Of a stretch of 32,000 nucleotides of DNA, positions 1 to 9,312 are shown in pieces; within the stretch, counting starts at the first letter, position 1; each line of letters starts with the position of its first letter. The translations under genes were made by a program, and so were the position numbers. This DNA comes from Acaryochloris marina S15. Its GTDB lineage: Bacteria; Cyanobacteriota; Cyanobacteriia; Thermosynechococcales; Thermosynechococcaceae. The notes below the pieces were generated by a model. It searched no databases, had not been told where the DNA came from, and saw only the letters and a list, made by a program, of their open reading frames with translations. Location of the stretch: contig NZ_CP064923.1 of NCBI RefSeq assembly GCF_018336915.1, positions 5,220,001 to 5,252,000 on the forward strand, written 5' to 3'.

Positions 1-271
1 CTTCCTCAAAAATCTGCTGAATCGGATACATCTGTCCATCCATCGTCATAAACTGATGTTCCGCCGTCGCTTGAATCGTCGAGCCATCTTCCAGGGCATA
101 TTCAAACACCTCCTGCTGGCCGCGATGGTGCCATTGAGCAATCGGTTGCGTATACAGATGTCCTCGCTCATCAATCGAAAAGACTTGACATTCAATTTGC
201 TCCTGTACCACCTGGCCAATGGGCAGCCAACCATACTCCAACGTCAACACAGGCGTGTCATAGCTCAGACA
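1..271 (-). other. DnaE split intein, N-terminal fragment (Int-N), about 90 residues visible
   Basis: In frame with dnaE, Cys1 is the complement of 269-271. The sequence reads [90 protein letters not shown]. This is collinear with the Npu/Ssp DnaE N-inteins as I remember them (CLSYETEILTVEYGLLPIGKIV...). Confidence 0.9.
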
Positions 272-2536
272 ATATTCAGCAAACAACACCATTTGCTCGA
301 ACAAATCTTCAGAGATTTTTTTGTCAACACCCTTCTTGAAAGCCCCTTCAATGAAGATCTCCCGATGTTTCTCCATCTCCGCCACTTTCTTTTTACCCAT
401 CGCCCGTCGCAACAGGTCAGCTTCTCCCAGAGAGTAGCCCGCCATATCCTGAGCAATCTTCATGATCTGCTCCTGATAGACCATAATGCCATAGGTCTCT
501 TCTAGGATCGGCTTGATCAATTCATGGGGATAATCAATCTTTTCCCGCCCATGTTTACGGTTAATAAATTTGGGAATCAGCCCCGCATCCAAAGGACCCG
601 GTCGATAGAGAGCCAGAATCGAAGAAATATCCTCTAAGTTAGACGGCTTGAGATCTTTGACGACCTGGCGCATCCCCGAAGACTCTAACTGAAAAATTCC
701 TTCCAATTCTCCCCGTGCTAACAGTTGAAATGCTTCTGGGTCATTCATGGGTACCCGATCGATGTCTAGATCGAGCTGCCGATTCTTCTTGAGCAAGTCG
801 GTTGTTTTCTGGATCATCGTCAGGTTTTTGAGGCCCAAGAAGTCCATTTTTAGCAGGCCCAAAGATTCCAAATCTTCCATGAAATACTGGGTAATCACCG
901 CGCCCTCGTTATTACGCTGCAGGGGCACCAGTTGATCCAAGGGTTCTGAGGCAATTACAACGCCCGCTGCATGGACCCCAAAGGTTTTGTTGGTGCCCTC
1001 AATCCGAATCGCCATATCCAGCCAGCGGCGCACAATCTGATCCTTGTCGTATCTTTCCTTAAACTCCGGGGCTGGCGTTTCGTCTGAAATCATTACCTTC
1101 AGCTTTGCCGGTTTTCCTCGGGCCACCGGAATCAGCTTCGCCATCCGATCGGCATCCCCATAAGGAATATCCAGCACTCGGGCCACGTCTTTGAGTACTG
1201 CTTTGGAAGTCATGCGGTTAAAGGTGATAATTTGCGCCACCCGATCTTCGCCATACTTGCGGGTAACGTAGTCAATCATTTCTTCCCGTTTTTCGATGCA
1301 GAAATCCGTATCAACGTCAGGCATCGACTTCCGTTCTGGATTCAGAAATCGCTCAAATAGCAGGCCATGATGAACGGGATCGATATTCGTAATCCCTAAG
1401 GCATAGGCCACCAGAGAACCTGCAGCACTGCCTCGCCCTGGTCCCACAGGAATATTATGGTCGCGGGCATATTTGATGTAATCCCACACCACCAAGAAAT
1501 AAGTAGAAAAGCCCATCTGCTGGAGCATCTCTAGCTCGTATTCCAAACGTTCCTTATAGACATCCGTCACCTCTGGGCGGGCTTTGCATTCGCACCGCTC
1601 CAATAGGCCATCCCAGGTCACCTCTTCCAGGTAAGTTTCAGCAGTATAGCCTTCCGGTACTTCGTAGTCAGGACTTTGGGGGTCGCGGAAGATATCGTAG
1701 GTTTCGACCTTTTCAGCTACTTCTAGGGTGGTTGCGATCGCAGTGGCAATCACGTCATCCTCTAAGTGGTCCCGAAACATCAAAGCCATCTCGTCAGCAG
1801 TTTTCAGATACTCAGTACCGCTATAGCGAAGACGCTTGTCTTCTGTAATGAGCTTGCCCGTCTGGATACAAAGGAGGGCATCATGGGACTCCACGTCATA
1901 GCAAGAGATAAAGTGGGAGTCATTAGTGGCAATTACCTTAATATCCAGTTCCTGGGCAATGCGCACCAGCTCCACATTCACCACCCGATCTTCCTGGGAA
2001 CCGTGGTCTTGAATTTCTAGGTAATAGTCATCCCCAAACAGCGCTTTGTACCATTTGGCAATCCGTCGAGCGATATCCGGCTTTTCCTTCATAATCGCCT
2101 GGGGAATCTCGCCCCCTAGGCAGGCACTGGTGACAATCAGCCCTTCATGGTGCTCTTCCAGCAGGTCTTTATTAATACAGGGTCGAGAAAAAATGCCGCG
2201 CCCTTGGACGCCATTCAGGCTAGAAATCGTGGTGAGTTTAACCAGATTTTGGTAGCCTGTCTTGTTCTTCGCCAACACCACCTGGTGATAGCGAGGCCGC
2301 CGCTCCTGCTTAGTGATATCCCCATTGATCACGTACATTTCGTTGCCGACAATGGGCTTAATCCCCTGCTTCTTGCAGGTTTTGATCAAGCCAATCGCCC
2401 CATACATCACCCCATGATCCGTCAAGGCAATGGCGGGCATATTGAGTTCAACGGCGCGAGATACCAAATCCGGCAGCTGACTGGCCCCATCCAAAAGACT
2501 ATAGTCACTGTGAATATGCAAACCCACAAAAGACAT
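1..2536 (-). CDS. dnaE: DNA polymerase III alpha subunit, N-terminal split half (DnaE-N) fused to a split-intein N fragment; the 3' end runs off the left window edge
   Basis: Absent from the ORF track because the frame stays open to the window edge. Minus-strand translation from the ATG (complement of 2534-2536) reads [25 protein letters not shown] (PHP domain), then [32 protein letters not shown] and [18 protein letters not shown]. There are 755 extein codons ending in FAEY, followed by CLSYDTP. Confidence 0.93.
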   Translation of the reverse strand, partial: MSFVGLHIHSDYSLLDGASQLPDLVSRAVELNMPAIALTDHGVMYGAIGLIKTCKKQGIKPIVGNEMYVINGDITKQERRPRYHQVVLAKNKTGYQNLVKLTTISSLNGVQGRGIFSRPCINKDLLEEHHEGLIVTSACLGGEIPQAIMKEKPDIARRIAKWYKALFGDDYYLEIQDHGSQEDRVVNVELVRIAQELDIKVIATNDSHFISCYDVESHDALLCIQTGKLITEDKRLRYSGTEYLKTADEMALMFRDHLEDDVIATAIATTLEVAEKVETYDIFRDPQSPDYEVPEGYTAETYLEEVTWDGLLERCECKARPEVTDVYKERLEYELEMLQQMGFSTYFLVVWDYIKYARDHNIPVGPGRGSAAGSLVAYALGITNIDPVHHGLLFERFLNPERKSMPDVDTDFCIEKREEMIDYVTRKYGEDRVAQIITFNRMTSKAVLKDVARVLDIPYGDADRMAKLIPVARGKPAKLKVMISDETPAPEFKERYDKDQIVRRWLDMAIRIEGTNKTFGVHAAGVVIASEPLDQLVPLQRNNEGAVITQYFMEDLESLGLLKMDFLGLKNLTMIQKTTDLLKKNRQLDLDIDRVPMNDPEAFQLLARGELEGIFQLESSGMRQVVKDLKPSNLEDISSILALYRPGPLDAGLIPKFINRKHGREKIDYPHELIKPILEETYGIMVYQEQIMKIAQDMAGYSLGEADLLRRAMGKKKVAEMEKHREIFIEGAFKKGVDKKISEDLFEQMVLFAEYCLSYDTPVLTLEYGWLPIGQVVQEQIECQVFSIDERGHLYTQPIAQWHHRGQQEVFEYALEDGSTIQATAEHQFMTMDGQMYPIQQIFEE

Positions 2537-2783
2537 TGGCCACTTTCCTGCTAAACCTGGCTATAGGGTAACGGATTGCGATCGCAACGACTACAGTCCC
2601 GACATTATTTGTGATTGCCCACTGCATAGGGATTTCTCGACCGCCTGCAGCAGCTGACCCGGAGTTGGGTAAAATAGAGTTTATATAAATAAATTAAGAT
2701 TGCACTTTTATAAAAGCTAATCCATAGGGGTCCTGCCTCTGTTAAGATTTGTTTAAACTGTCTTCTCCGTATCCCGACGTAGC

Positions 2784-5045
2784 ATGAATCTGAAAGCTAC
2801 AGTCTCACCGACCGACCTCGAACTGCCCACTTGGCTACAGGAATGTATGCTGGAGGTCGATGGTGCTGAAGACAGAGATGGTGTTGCAGAACAAAACCTG
2901 ATTTGTCGCGCTTTTAACTTTGGTTACCAGCTCCATGAAGGCCAGCATCGAGCTTCGGGAGAACCCTATATCGCTCATCCGGTCTCTGTTGCCGAGCTCC
3001 TAAGAGATCTAGGCGGTAGCGCAGCCATGATTGCTGCAGGCTTCCTCCACGATGTCGTTGAAGACACAGACGTCACCCCAGAAACCATCGAATCTGAGTT
3101 TGGACTAGAAGTCCGACAGCTAGTTGAAGGCGTTACGAAACTCTCTAAATTTAATTTTTCGACCAAAACCGAGCGGGAAGCCGAAAACTTTCGCCGCATG
3201 TTCTTGGCCATGGCCCAAGACATTCGCGTGATTGTAGTTAAACTAGCCGACCGTCTCCACAATATGCGGACCCTAGAGCATCTGCCCCCCGTTAAGCAGA
3301 AACGTATCGCTCAGGAAACGCGAGATGTATTTGCTCCCCTGGCCAATCGCCTCGGAATCTGGCGCTTCAAATGGGAATTAGAAGATCTAGCCTTTAAGTA
3401 TCTTGAGCCCGACACCTATCGCAGAATGCAGCAGCTGGTTGCTGATAAGCGAGTCGATCGCGAGGAACATATTGAGCAAGCGATCACCATTTTGCATGAT
3501 CGGCTTGAACCCATTTGCTCCCACCACCTAGACATTTCTGGCCGCCCTAAACATCTGTTTAGTATTAGCCAGAAAATGGAGCGGCAACAAAAGGAATTTC
3601 ATGAAATTTATGATGTCGCCGCCGTGCGAGTCATCGTCAAAACGAACGAAGAATGTTATCGTGCCCTAGCCGTTGTCCATGATTGTTTTCGTCCTATCCC
3701 TGGACGATTTAAAGACTATATTGGCTTACCGAAACCCAACCGCTACCAGTCTCTCCATACTGTCGTCATTGGCTTAGGGGGACGGCCCCTGGAAGTGCAA
3801 ATCCGCACCGAAGCAATGCACCATATTGCGGAGTATGGAATTGCCGCCCATTGGAAATACAAAGAGTCATCCAATCAGCTCGGTAAAGCCTCTTGGAGTC
3901 CTGATGACGAAAAGTTTACCTGGCTGCGTCAATTATTAGAATGGCAAAGCGATCTCAAAGACGCCCAAGAATATCTAGACAGCGTCAAAGACAACTTATT
4001 TGACAGCGAAGTTTATGTTTTTACCCCAAAAGGCGATCTGATTGATCTCACCCAAGGGGCAACCCCCGTGGATTTCGCCTATCGGATTCATACCGAAGTC
4101 GGTAACCACTGCTTTGGAGCTCGTGTCAATGGACGCATGGTCACCCTCGACACCCCCCTCGATAATGGCGACATTGTCGAAATCATGACCCAAAATAGTG
4201 CCCATCCCAGCTTGGATTGGCTCAATTTTGCTGCTAGCAATGCTGCCCGCAACCGAATTCGGCAATGGTATAAACGCTCCCACCGAGAAGAAAATATCCT
4301 CCGCGGCCGAGAGATGCTGGAAAAAGCGCTGGGGAAGAAAGGTTTCGATGCCTTACTCAAATCTGAGCCGATGCTGACGGTTGCCAATCGATGCAACTAC
4401 CAAACCCCTGAAGATTTGCTGGCTGCCCTAGGCTACGGTGAAGTGACCCTCAATTCTGTCACCAATCGGCTGCGAGAAACCATTCGGAGCCAGCAAGCCG
4501 AGGCCGAACCAGCGACCTCAGATCTAACAGACGTTAATTTACCCACTCAAGCCAGCCCCAGACCACTCCCCAGCTCCGGGGACTCTCCAATTACGGGAGT
4601 TGAAGGATTGGTCTACCATATGGCCGGTTGCTGTCATCCCGTTCCCGGTGAGCCCATTATTGGGGCGGTCACCCTCAGTAATCGAGGGATTTCTATTCAC
4701 CGCCAAGGCTGCAAAAATGTCGGCAATATTCCAGGAGATCGGCTGATTCCCGTCAGTTGGAACCCGGCCCACCCCTCCCAACAAAGCCGCCGCTATACCT
4801 ATCCCATTGAAGTTCAAATCGAAGTCATCGATCGGGTTGGTATTCTCAAAGATATTTTGACCCGTCTGACCGATAGCAGAGTCAATGTCTATAACGCCCA
4901 AGTCAAAACCTTCCCAGGGCAAACTGCGGTGATTAATCTGGGGCTACACATCGAACATTGCAATCAATTAGACCAAATTTGCGCCCAAATCCGAAAAATG
5001 AGTGATGTTCTCAAACTAAGACGTCTCAGCCAGGTTGAAGACTGA
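2784..5045 (+). CDS. spoT: Bifunctional (p)ppGpp synthetase/hydrolase, RelA/SpoT homolog
   Basis: 753-aa ORF with an ATG start. HD hydrolase motifs are HRASGEPYIAHP and GFLHDVVEDT. The synthetase region contains RPKHLFSISQKMERQ and YDVAAVRVIV. A TGS-like segment (VYVFTPKGDLIDL) and a C-terminal ACT-like domain follow. Confidence 0.95.
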   Translation: MNLKATVSPTDLELPTWLQECMLEVDGAEDRDGVAEQNLICRAFNFGYQLHEGQHRASGEPYIAHPVSVAELLRDLGGSAAMIAAGFLHDVVEDTDVTPETIESEFGLEVRQLVEGVTKLSKFNFSTKTEREAENFRRMFLAMAQDIRVIVVKLADRLHNMRTLEHLPPVKQKRIAQETRDVFAPLANRLGIWRFKWELEDLAFKYLEPDTYRRMQQLVADKRVDREEHIEQAITILHDRLEPICSHHLDISGRPKHLFSISQKMERQQKEFHEIYDVAAVRVIVKTNEECYRALAVVHDCFRPIPGRFKDYIGLPKPNRYQSLHTVVIGLGGRPLEVQIRTEAMHHIAEYGIAAHWKYKESSNQLGKASWSPDDEKFTWLRQLLEWQSDLKDAQEYLDSVKDNLFDSEVYVFTPKGDLIDLTQGATPVDFAYRIHTEVGNHCFGARVNGRMVTLDTPLDNGDIVEIMTQNSAHPSLDWLNFAASNAARNRIRQWYKRSHREENILRGREMLEKALGKKGFDALLKSEPMLTVANRCNYQTPEDLLAALGYGEVTLNSVTNRLRETIRSQQAEAEPATSDLTDVNLPTQASPRPLPSSGDSPITGVEGLVYHMAGCCHPVPGEPIIGAVTLSNRGISIHRQGCKNVGNIPGDRLIPVSWNPAHPSQQSRRYTYPIEVQIEVIDRVGILKDILTRLTDSRVNVYNAQVKTFPGQTAVINLGLHIEHCNQLDQICAQIRKMSDVLKLRRLSQVED

Positions 5046-5323
5046 AATACAGCCATGTACGCCTCCATAATCCATGGGGTGGCGAAATCAGCAGTACCAT
5101 AGGTTATGATGGAGCGAAAATCGTTAATTTTTACTAAACCTTTGCTGAGTCACCTCACTAAGATTTTAGTAAGCATTAGTGCTTAGCCAGACTATGCTAG
5201 CCTACTGAAAATGTGGGTATGGCCTGTTGATAACCGCTAAGTTGTGTGGACCTTAAATCAGGTTCTGTGGTCGGGGGGTTTATAAAAATGCAATTTATCA
5301 CTCCTAATTTCGAGAAAATCTAA

Positions 5324-5986
5324 ATGATTGGACAACCAGAATTCGTTGAAAACCCTGAGAATCGTTGCCCCGTTATTTTATTGGTGGATACCTCTAGCTC
5401 CATGAGCGGTGCCCCCATGGATGCTTTGAATAGTGGCTTAGATGCTTTCAAAGAAGCGGTCATTCAGGATGAGCAAGCCGCATTGCGGGTTGACGTCGCC
5501 ATTGTCAGTTTTGGACCTGTAGAACTTGTTCAAGATTTTGTGACCATTGACCAATTTGTACCGCTACAACTGGAAGCTCACGGTCTAACGCCTATGGGTG
5601 AGGCTCTAAGTTATGCCTTGGATTTACTAGAAAATCGCAAAGCCACCTATCGCAACAATGGCATTCAATATTATCGACCTTGGGTTTTCTTGATTACTGA
5701 CGGTGCCCCCAATCCTGACTCTCCTTGGCAGCAAGCTTCTGAACGCCTTAAGAGCGCTGAAGCCCAGCGAAAGTTATCTTTCTTTGCCGTGGGTGTCCAG
5801 GGTGCAGATATGGCCATCTTGAACCAAATTTCGCCTCCTGAGCGCCCACCCTTAATGCTAAACGGGCTAGATTTTCGGTCCATGTTTCTCTGGTTAAGTG
5901 ACTCTATGGTGCGTGTGTCTAGCAGCACCGTAGGCGGAGATATGGTTGCTTTACCCCCCGTTGGTTGGGGACAAATCGCAACTTAA
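5324..5986 (+). CDS. von Willebrand factor A domain protein, TerY/YegL-like
   Basis: 220 aa. MIDAS motif reads LLVDTSSSMSG, followed by GLTPMGEAL and FLITDGAPN. Size and layout match stand-alone TerY/YegL vWA proteins. Confidence 0.85.
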   Translation: MIGQPEFVENPENRCPVILLVDTSSSMSGAPMDALNSGLDAFKEAVIQDEQAALRVDVAIVSFGPVELVQDFVTIDQFVPLQLEAHGLTPMGEALSYALDLLENRKATYRNNGIQYYRPWVFLITDGAPNPDSPWQQASERLKSAEAQRKLSFFAVGVQGADMAILNQISPPERPPLMLNGLDFRSMFLWLSDSMVRVSSSTVGGDMVALPPVGWGQIAT

Positions 5987-6028
5987 ACATCAGAGACGGA
6001 GACTTGTGAGGGCGTCAGACTTTGATGT

Positions 6029-6901
6029 TTGGTGCATCTCCAGCTTCCGCATCCTACCTATCATTATTTTTCGCACCCAAAAGGAGAGGTTGTGGCCTGG
6101 AGAGCAATCGTTCATTCTGCAATTGGAACTCGTCATCGACAGAAACAATTGCCTTGCCAAGATTATGGCAATTATCTTGTGCAAGCGGACACCGTCATTG
6201 GTGTCGTTTCTGATGGCGCCGGCAGTGCCAAATTCTCAGATATTGGGTCTAAGCTAGCCGTCAAAACAGCGTTGGCCATGCTAGAGGAGAGAGAAGAACA
6301 CTGGTCATCCGTTGACTTAGAAACCATTAACGCTGACGCTCAAATTCTCTTCACAGAGATGGTTGAAGCGGTTGTTACTGCCTTGCGATCGCAAGCCGAG
6401 AGTGGTGAGTATCCTTTGCGAGAGCTAGGATGTACATTATTAGGCTTTATTGCGACCCCCAACTGGCTGGCCTGTATGCAGATTGGCGATGGCTTTATTG
6501 TCACCCAAGCCCAGCAAACAGCCCCCAACCTCTCTGAAACTGAACCCATACCTTCCTTTGACCTCCTCTTTGAGCCGGTTAAAGGCGAATACATTAACGA
6601 AACAGTGTTTGTCACTAGCGATAATGCGGTAGAGCATATGCAAATTGCTGTGCGTGCGGATCATCATCCCTTTGTCTGTGCAGCCACGGATGGTCTTGAA
6701 AAAGTAGCGATTCGATTTCAGGATTGGCAAGCATTCCCGCCTTTCTTCAAGCCGTTCTTTGAATGTTTACGGTCGATTTCCGATCCTGAAGAACGTCAAA
6801 CCTATGTAGAAACCTTCTTAGAATCAGATCGATTAAATGCCAAGACGGACGACGATAAGACGCTGCTGCTTTGTCTATTTAGGCCAGAGGATGACGGATG
6901 A
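6029..6901 (+). CDS. PP2C-family (PP2C_2-like) Ser/Thr phosphatase; the true start is probably GTG at 6092
   Basis: Motifs CQDYG, GVVSDGAGSA, QIGDGFI and AATDGLEK. The track start at 6029 is a TTG. An AGGAG at 6082-6086 sits 5 nt before an in-frame GTG at 6092. The stop TGA (6899-6901) overlaps the kinase ATG (6898-6900). Confidence 0.8.
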   Translation: MVHLQLPHPTYHYFSHPKGEVVAWRAIVHSAIGTRHRQKQLPCQDYGNYLVQADTVIGVVSDGAGSAKFSDIGSKLAVKTALAMLEEREEHWSSVDLETINADAQILFTEMVEAVVTALRSQAESGEYPLRELGCTLLGFIATPNWLACMQIGDGFIVTQAQQTAPNLSETEPIPSFDLLFEPVKGEYINETVFVTSDNAVEHMQIAVRADHHPFVCAATDGLEKVAIRFQDWQAFPPFFKPFFECLRSISDPEERQTYVETFLESDRLNAKTDDDKTLLLCLFRPEDDG

Positions 6902-9294
6902 CCGTTCTCAAATGCCAAGTTTCGGGTCGGACCCTATCCCTGACGAAGCAGATCGCCAGTAGCGGCGAGGGGACCGTCTGGAAAACTAGCTATCGGGGGT
7001 TTCTGGCCAAGCTCTATCACGAGCGCACGCCAGAGCGGTTTCAAAAATTACGGGTGATGATTGCCCATCCTCCCCAAGATCCGACCCTCGGGCAGAATCA
7101 CATTTCTTTGGCTTGGCCGAAGGATTTGCTAGAGAGCCAGCAGGGCGAGCCCATGGGGTTCATCATGCCTGAAGTGGGGGAAAGCGTTAAATTATCCACC
7201 ATCTATAACCCTCGACTCCGCAGTCGCAAAGCACCTCGGTTTAACTGGTATTACCTTCATACTGCAGCTCTCAATATCGCATCCAGTATGGATGCCGTGC
7301 ATAAAGAGGGTTACGTCGTCGGAGATGTCAAACCGCAAAATATCTTGGTGAATAACCAAGCCTTGGTTTCTATTATCGATACGGATTCCTTTCAGGTACA
7401 AGACCCTCATACTCGCGAAGTGTTTCGATGTTTAGTAGGTTCAGAAGGCTTTACGCCTTCCGAATTATTAGGCAAGGATTTAGCGTCGGTTGACCAGACC
7501 GAAATGCATGATCGGTTCCGATTAGGGGTGATTGTTTTTCTCCTCCTCTTTGGCGATCAGCCGTTTAAAGGCAAGTGGATTGGCCGGGGAGAGTCGCCAC
7601 AGCCCACCACATTGATTGAAAAAGGATTTTGGCCCTATGCGCCCCAAAGTTTGATTCGCCCCGGTCCCAACACGATACCGTTGTCGATTTTGCACCCGCA
7701 GCTGCAGTCCTGTTTTCATCAATGCTTTACCCAAGGCCATGGCCAACCCCATCTGCGTCCCTCTGCAGATCAATGGATGACCGCTCTGCAGAAGGCGATC
7801 GCGAGTCTCAAAACTTGCAATTTGGAGTCCAACCATCATTACAGCCAAAGTTATGGCCATTGTTACTGGTGCGATCGCAGCTCTCGCTTAGGGGTGGATA
7901 TCTTTAGTCCTAACCCGGTGATTCCCAAGCCTGCCCCCAAACGTCGCCAGCAAAAGAAGAAGAAGAGCCCTTGGGCAACCCAACCTCCGAGCCAAGCCAA
8001 CCCTGCTCTAGCAGCGGCCTATGCCCAACGGATGCAGCAGCTCCAGAATATGCAAATTCCTAATTCTGGAATCACCCGCTCTATTCTGCAAATGCCCTTA
8101 GTCCAGCGGACGAGTTGGCCACCGTCTATTTCCAATTCAGTCCTAGGGGTAATTTTATGTGGCTTTAGTTTTTTGGGATTAGGGTTACTCTTGGCCCCAG
8201 AACTGAACCCTCAAACCTTCAGCTATTGGTCAAAATCCCTGGAACGAGCTGTCGATCAGTGGCTAATCTCTAAACTCGGCACGACCTTTACGGGTGAAAC
8301 CCTGGCTCAGCTCCCCCCTTCCGGTCAATCTACAGCTGCTCAGACCATTGTAGCCCCGGCTAACGGCCAAAAAGGCCATTGGGATACCATCACCACGTTA
8401 TCGATTAGTCCCGATAGCAGCACCCTCGTCAGTGGTAGTCGGGACTTTACCCTCAAAGTCTGGAATTTAAAGACAGGGCAATTGCTCAACACCTTATCTG
8501 AGCACTACGAACCGGTGGTCTCTAGCCATATTATGAATGATGGCCAGTCCCTGATCAGCAGCAGCATTAGCGGTAAAGTCTTGCAGTGGGACTTATCCAC
8601 GGCCACCTTGCGCCGCAGCTTTGTCAATTACACCGCCATGCGTCCTGAAGGCGGGATTCGCACCACCGTCACTGATCCCAAAACCCGCATTATGGCCAGC
8701 AGTGCCTGGGGTGGCTCGATTCTGCTCTACAACCTGAAAACGGATAAAGTCACCCGCATTCCCTCGCAATTAATGGCATCTGAACAAACCATGGTGCTGA
8801 GTCCGGACGCCAAAAGCCTGGTAACCAGCAACAGCGACGGCCAAATTCAACAGTGGAATGTACAGACGGGCAAATTAGTCAGACGCTTGCCCAATACCGA
8901 GGGTTGGCAGTCTTCCGAACTCACCAGTTCCATCGCCTTAGGTCAACAAGGTAAGGTTCTCATTACGGGCAGTTGGGGCGGGAATATTGGGTTATGGAAT
9001 TTTCAAACCGGTAAGCTGATTAAGAACTTTAAGGCCCATGAGAAAATGGTGGCTTCATTAGTCGTGAGTACCGATAATCAATTTTTGATTAGCGGCGGAG
9101 AGGATCAGACCATCAAAATTTGGAGCCTCAAAACCGGCCAACTGCTCAAAACCCTGACGGATCACCAAGGCAGCATCTCGACCTTAGCCATTAGCCCCAA
9201 TAACCGCTGGTTGGTCAGTGGGAGTAGCGACCGCAGTATCAAAGTATGGAATTTAAAGACAGGGAAACTACTGCGCACCCTGCTCAACTCATAG
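6898..9294 (+). CDS. Ser/Thr protein kinase (YegI-like) fused to a single TM helix and a C-terminal seven-repeat WD40 beta-propeller
   Basis: 798 aa. Gly-loop SSGEGTVWK, Lys in LAKLYH, catalytic loop VVGDVKPQNILV, then IIDTDSF. A Cys/His cluster C-x5-HH-x6-HC-x2-C lies at aa 307-325, and a KRRQQKKKK/Q-rich linker follows. A hydrophobic helix spans aa 414-434 (nt 8137-8199). About 7 WD repeats (LKVWNL, IKIWSL, IKVWNL and others) occupy nt 8374-9291. Confidence 0.9.
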   Translation: MTVLKCQVSGRTLSLTKQIASSGEGTVWKTSYRGFLAKLYHERTPERFQKLRVMIAHPPQDPTLGQNHISLAWPKDLLESQQGEPMGFIMPEVGESVKLSTIYNPRLRSRKAPRFNWYYLHTAALNIASSMDAVHKEGYVVGDVKPQNILVNNQALVSIIDTDSFQVQDPHTREVFRCLVGSEGFTPSELLGKDLASVDQTEMHDRFRLGVIVFLLLFGDQPFKGKWIGRGESPQPTTLIEKGFWPYAPQSLIRPGPNTIPLSILHPQLQSCFHQCFTQGHGQPHLRPSADQWMTALQKAIASLKTCNLESNHHYSQSYGHCYWCDRSSRLGVDIFSPNPVIPKPAPKRRQQKKKKSPWATQPPSQANPALAAAYAQRMQQLQNMQIPNSGITRSILQMPLVQRTSWPPSISNSVLGVILCGFSFLGLGLLLAPELNPQTFSYWSKSLERAVDQWLISKLGTTFTGETLAQLPPSGQSTAAQTIVAPANGQKGHWDTITTLSISPDSSTLVSGSRDFTLKVWNLKTGQLLNTLSEHYEPVVSSHIMNDGQSLISSSISGKVLQWDLSTATLRRSFVNYTAMRPEGGIRTTVTDPKTRIMASSAWGGSILLYNLKTDKVTRIPSQLMASEQTMVLSPDAKSLVTSNSDGQIQQWNVQTGKLVRRLPNTEGWQSSELTSSIALGQQGKVLITGSWGGNIGLWNFQTGKLIKNFKAHEKMVASLVVSTDNQFLISGGEDQTIKIWSLKTGQLLKTLTDHQGSISTLAISPNNRWLVSGSSDRSIKVWNLKTGKLLRTLLNS

Positions 9295-9312
9295 CCCAGA
9301 CGGACTTACCGC

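Noticed and set aside
56-2554. Plus-strand ORFs 56-505, 747-935, 1766-2020, 2046-2255 and 2147-2554, and minus-strand ORFs 46-234 and 265-456
   Set aside because: All lie inside the dnaE-N coding region, either antisense to it or in another frame. Their translations are low-complexity with no motifs, while the dnaE frame is continuous and highly recognisable. They are shadow ORFs.
2975-4922. Four minus-strand ORFs (95-127 aa) inside spoT
   Set aside because: They are antisense to a confidently identified 753-aa RelA/SpoT gene and have no recognisable domains.
5946-6257. ORFs 5946-6257 and 6022-6213 (plus strand) and 5990-6184 (minus strand) around the vWA/PP2C junction
   Set aside because: These are alternative frames overlapping the PP2C 5' region. 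Only the PP2C frame yields family motifs (CQDYG, SDGAGSA). They matter only because they show that the PP2C start is uncertain (6029 TTG versus 6092 GTG).
7930-7975. AAG-rich tract (CAGCAAAAGAAGAAGAAGAGC) in the kinase gene as a possible slippery or contingency repeat
   Set aside because: It contains only four AAG units and reads in frame as a polybasic linker (QQKKKKS). There is no evidence of phase variation.
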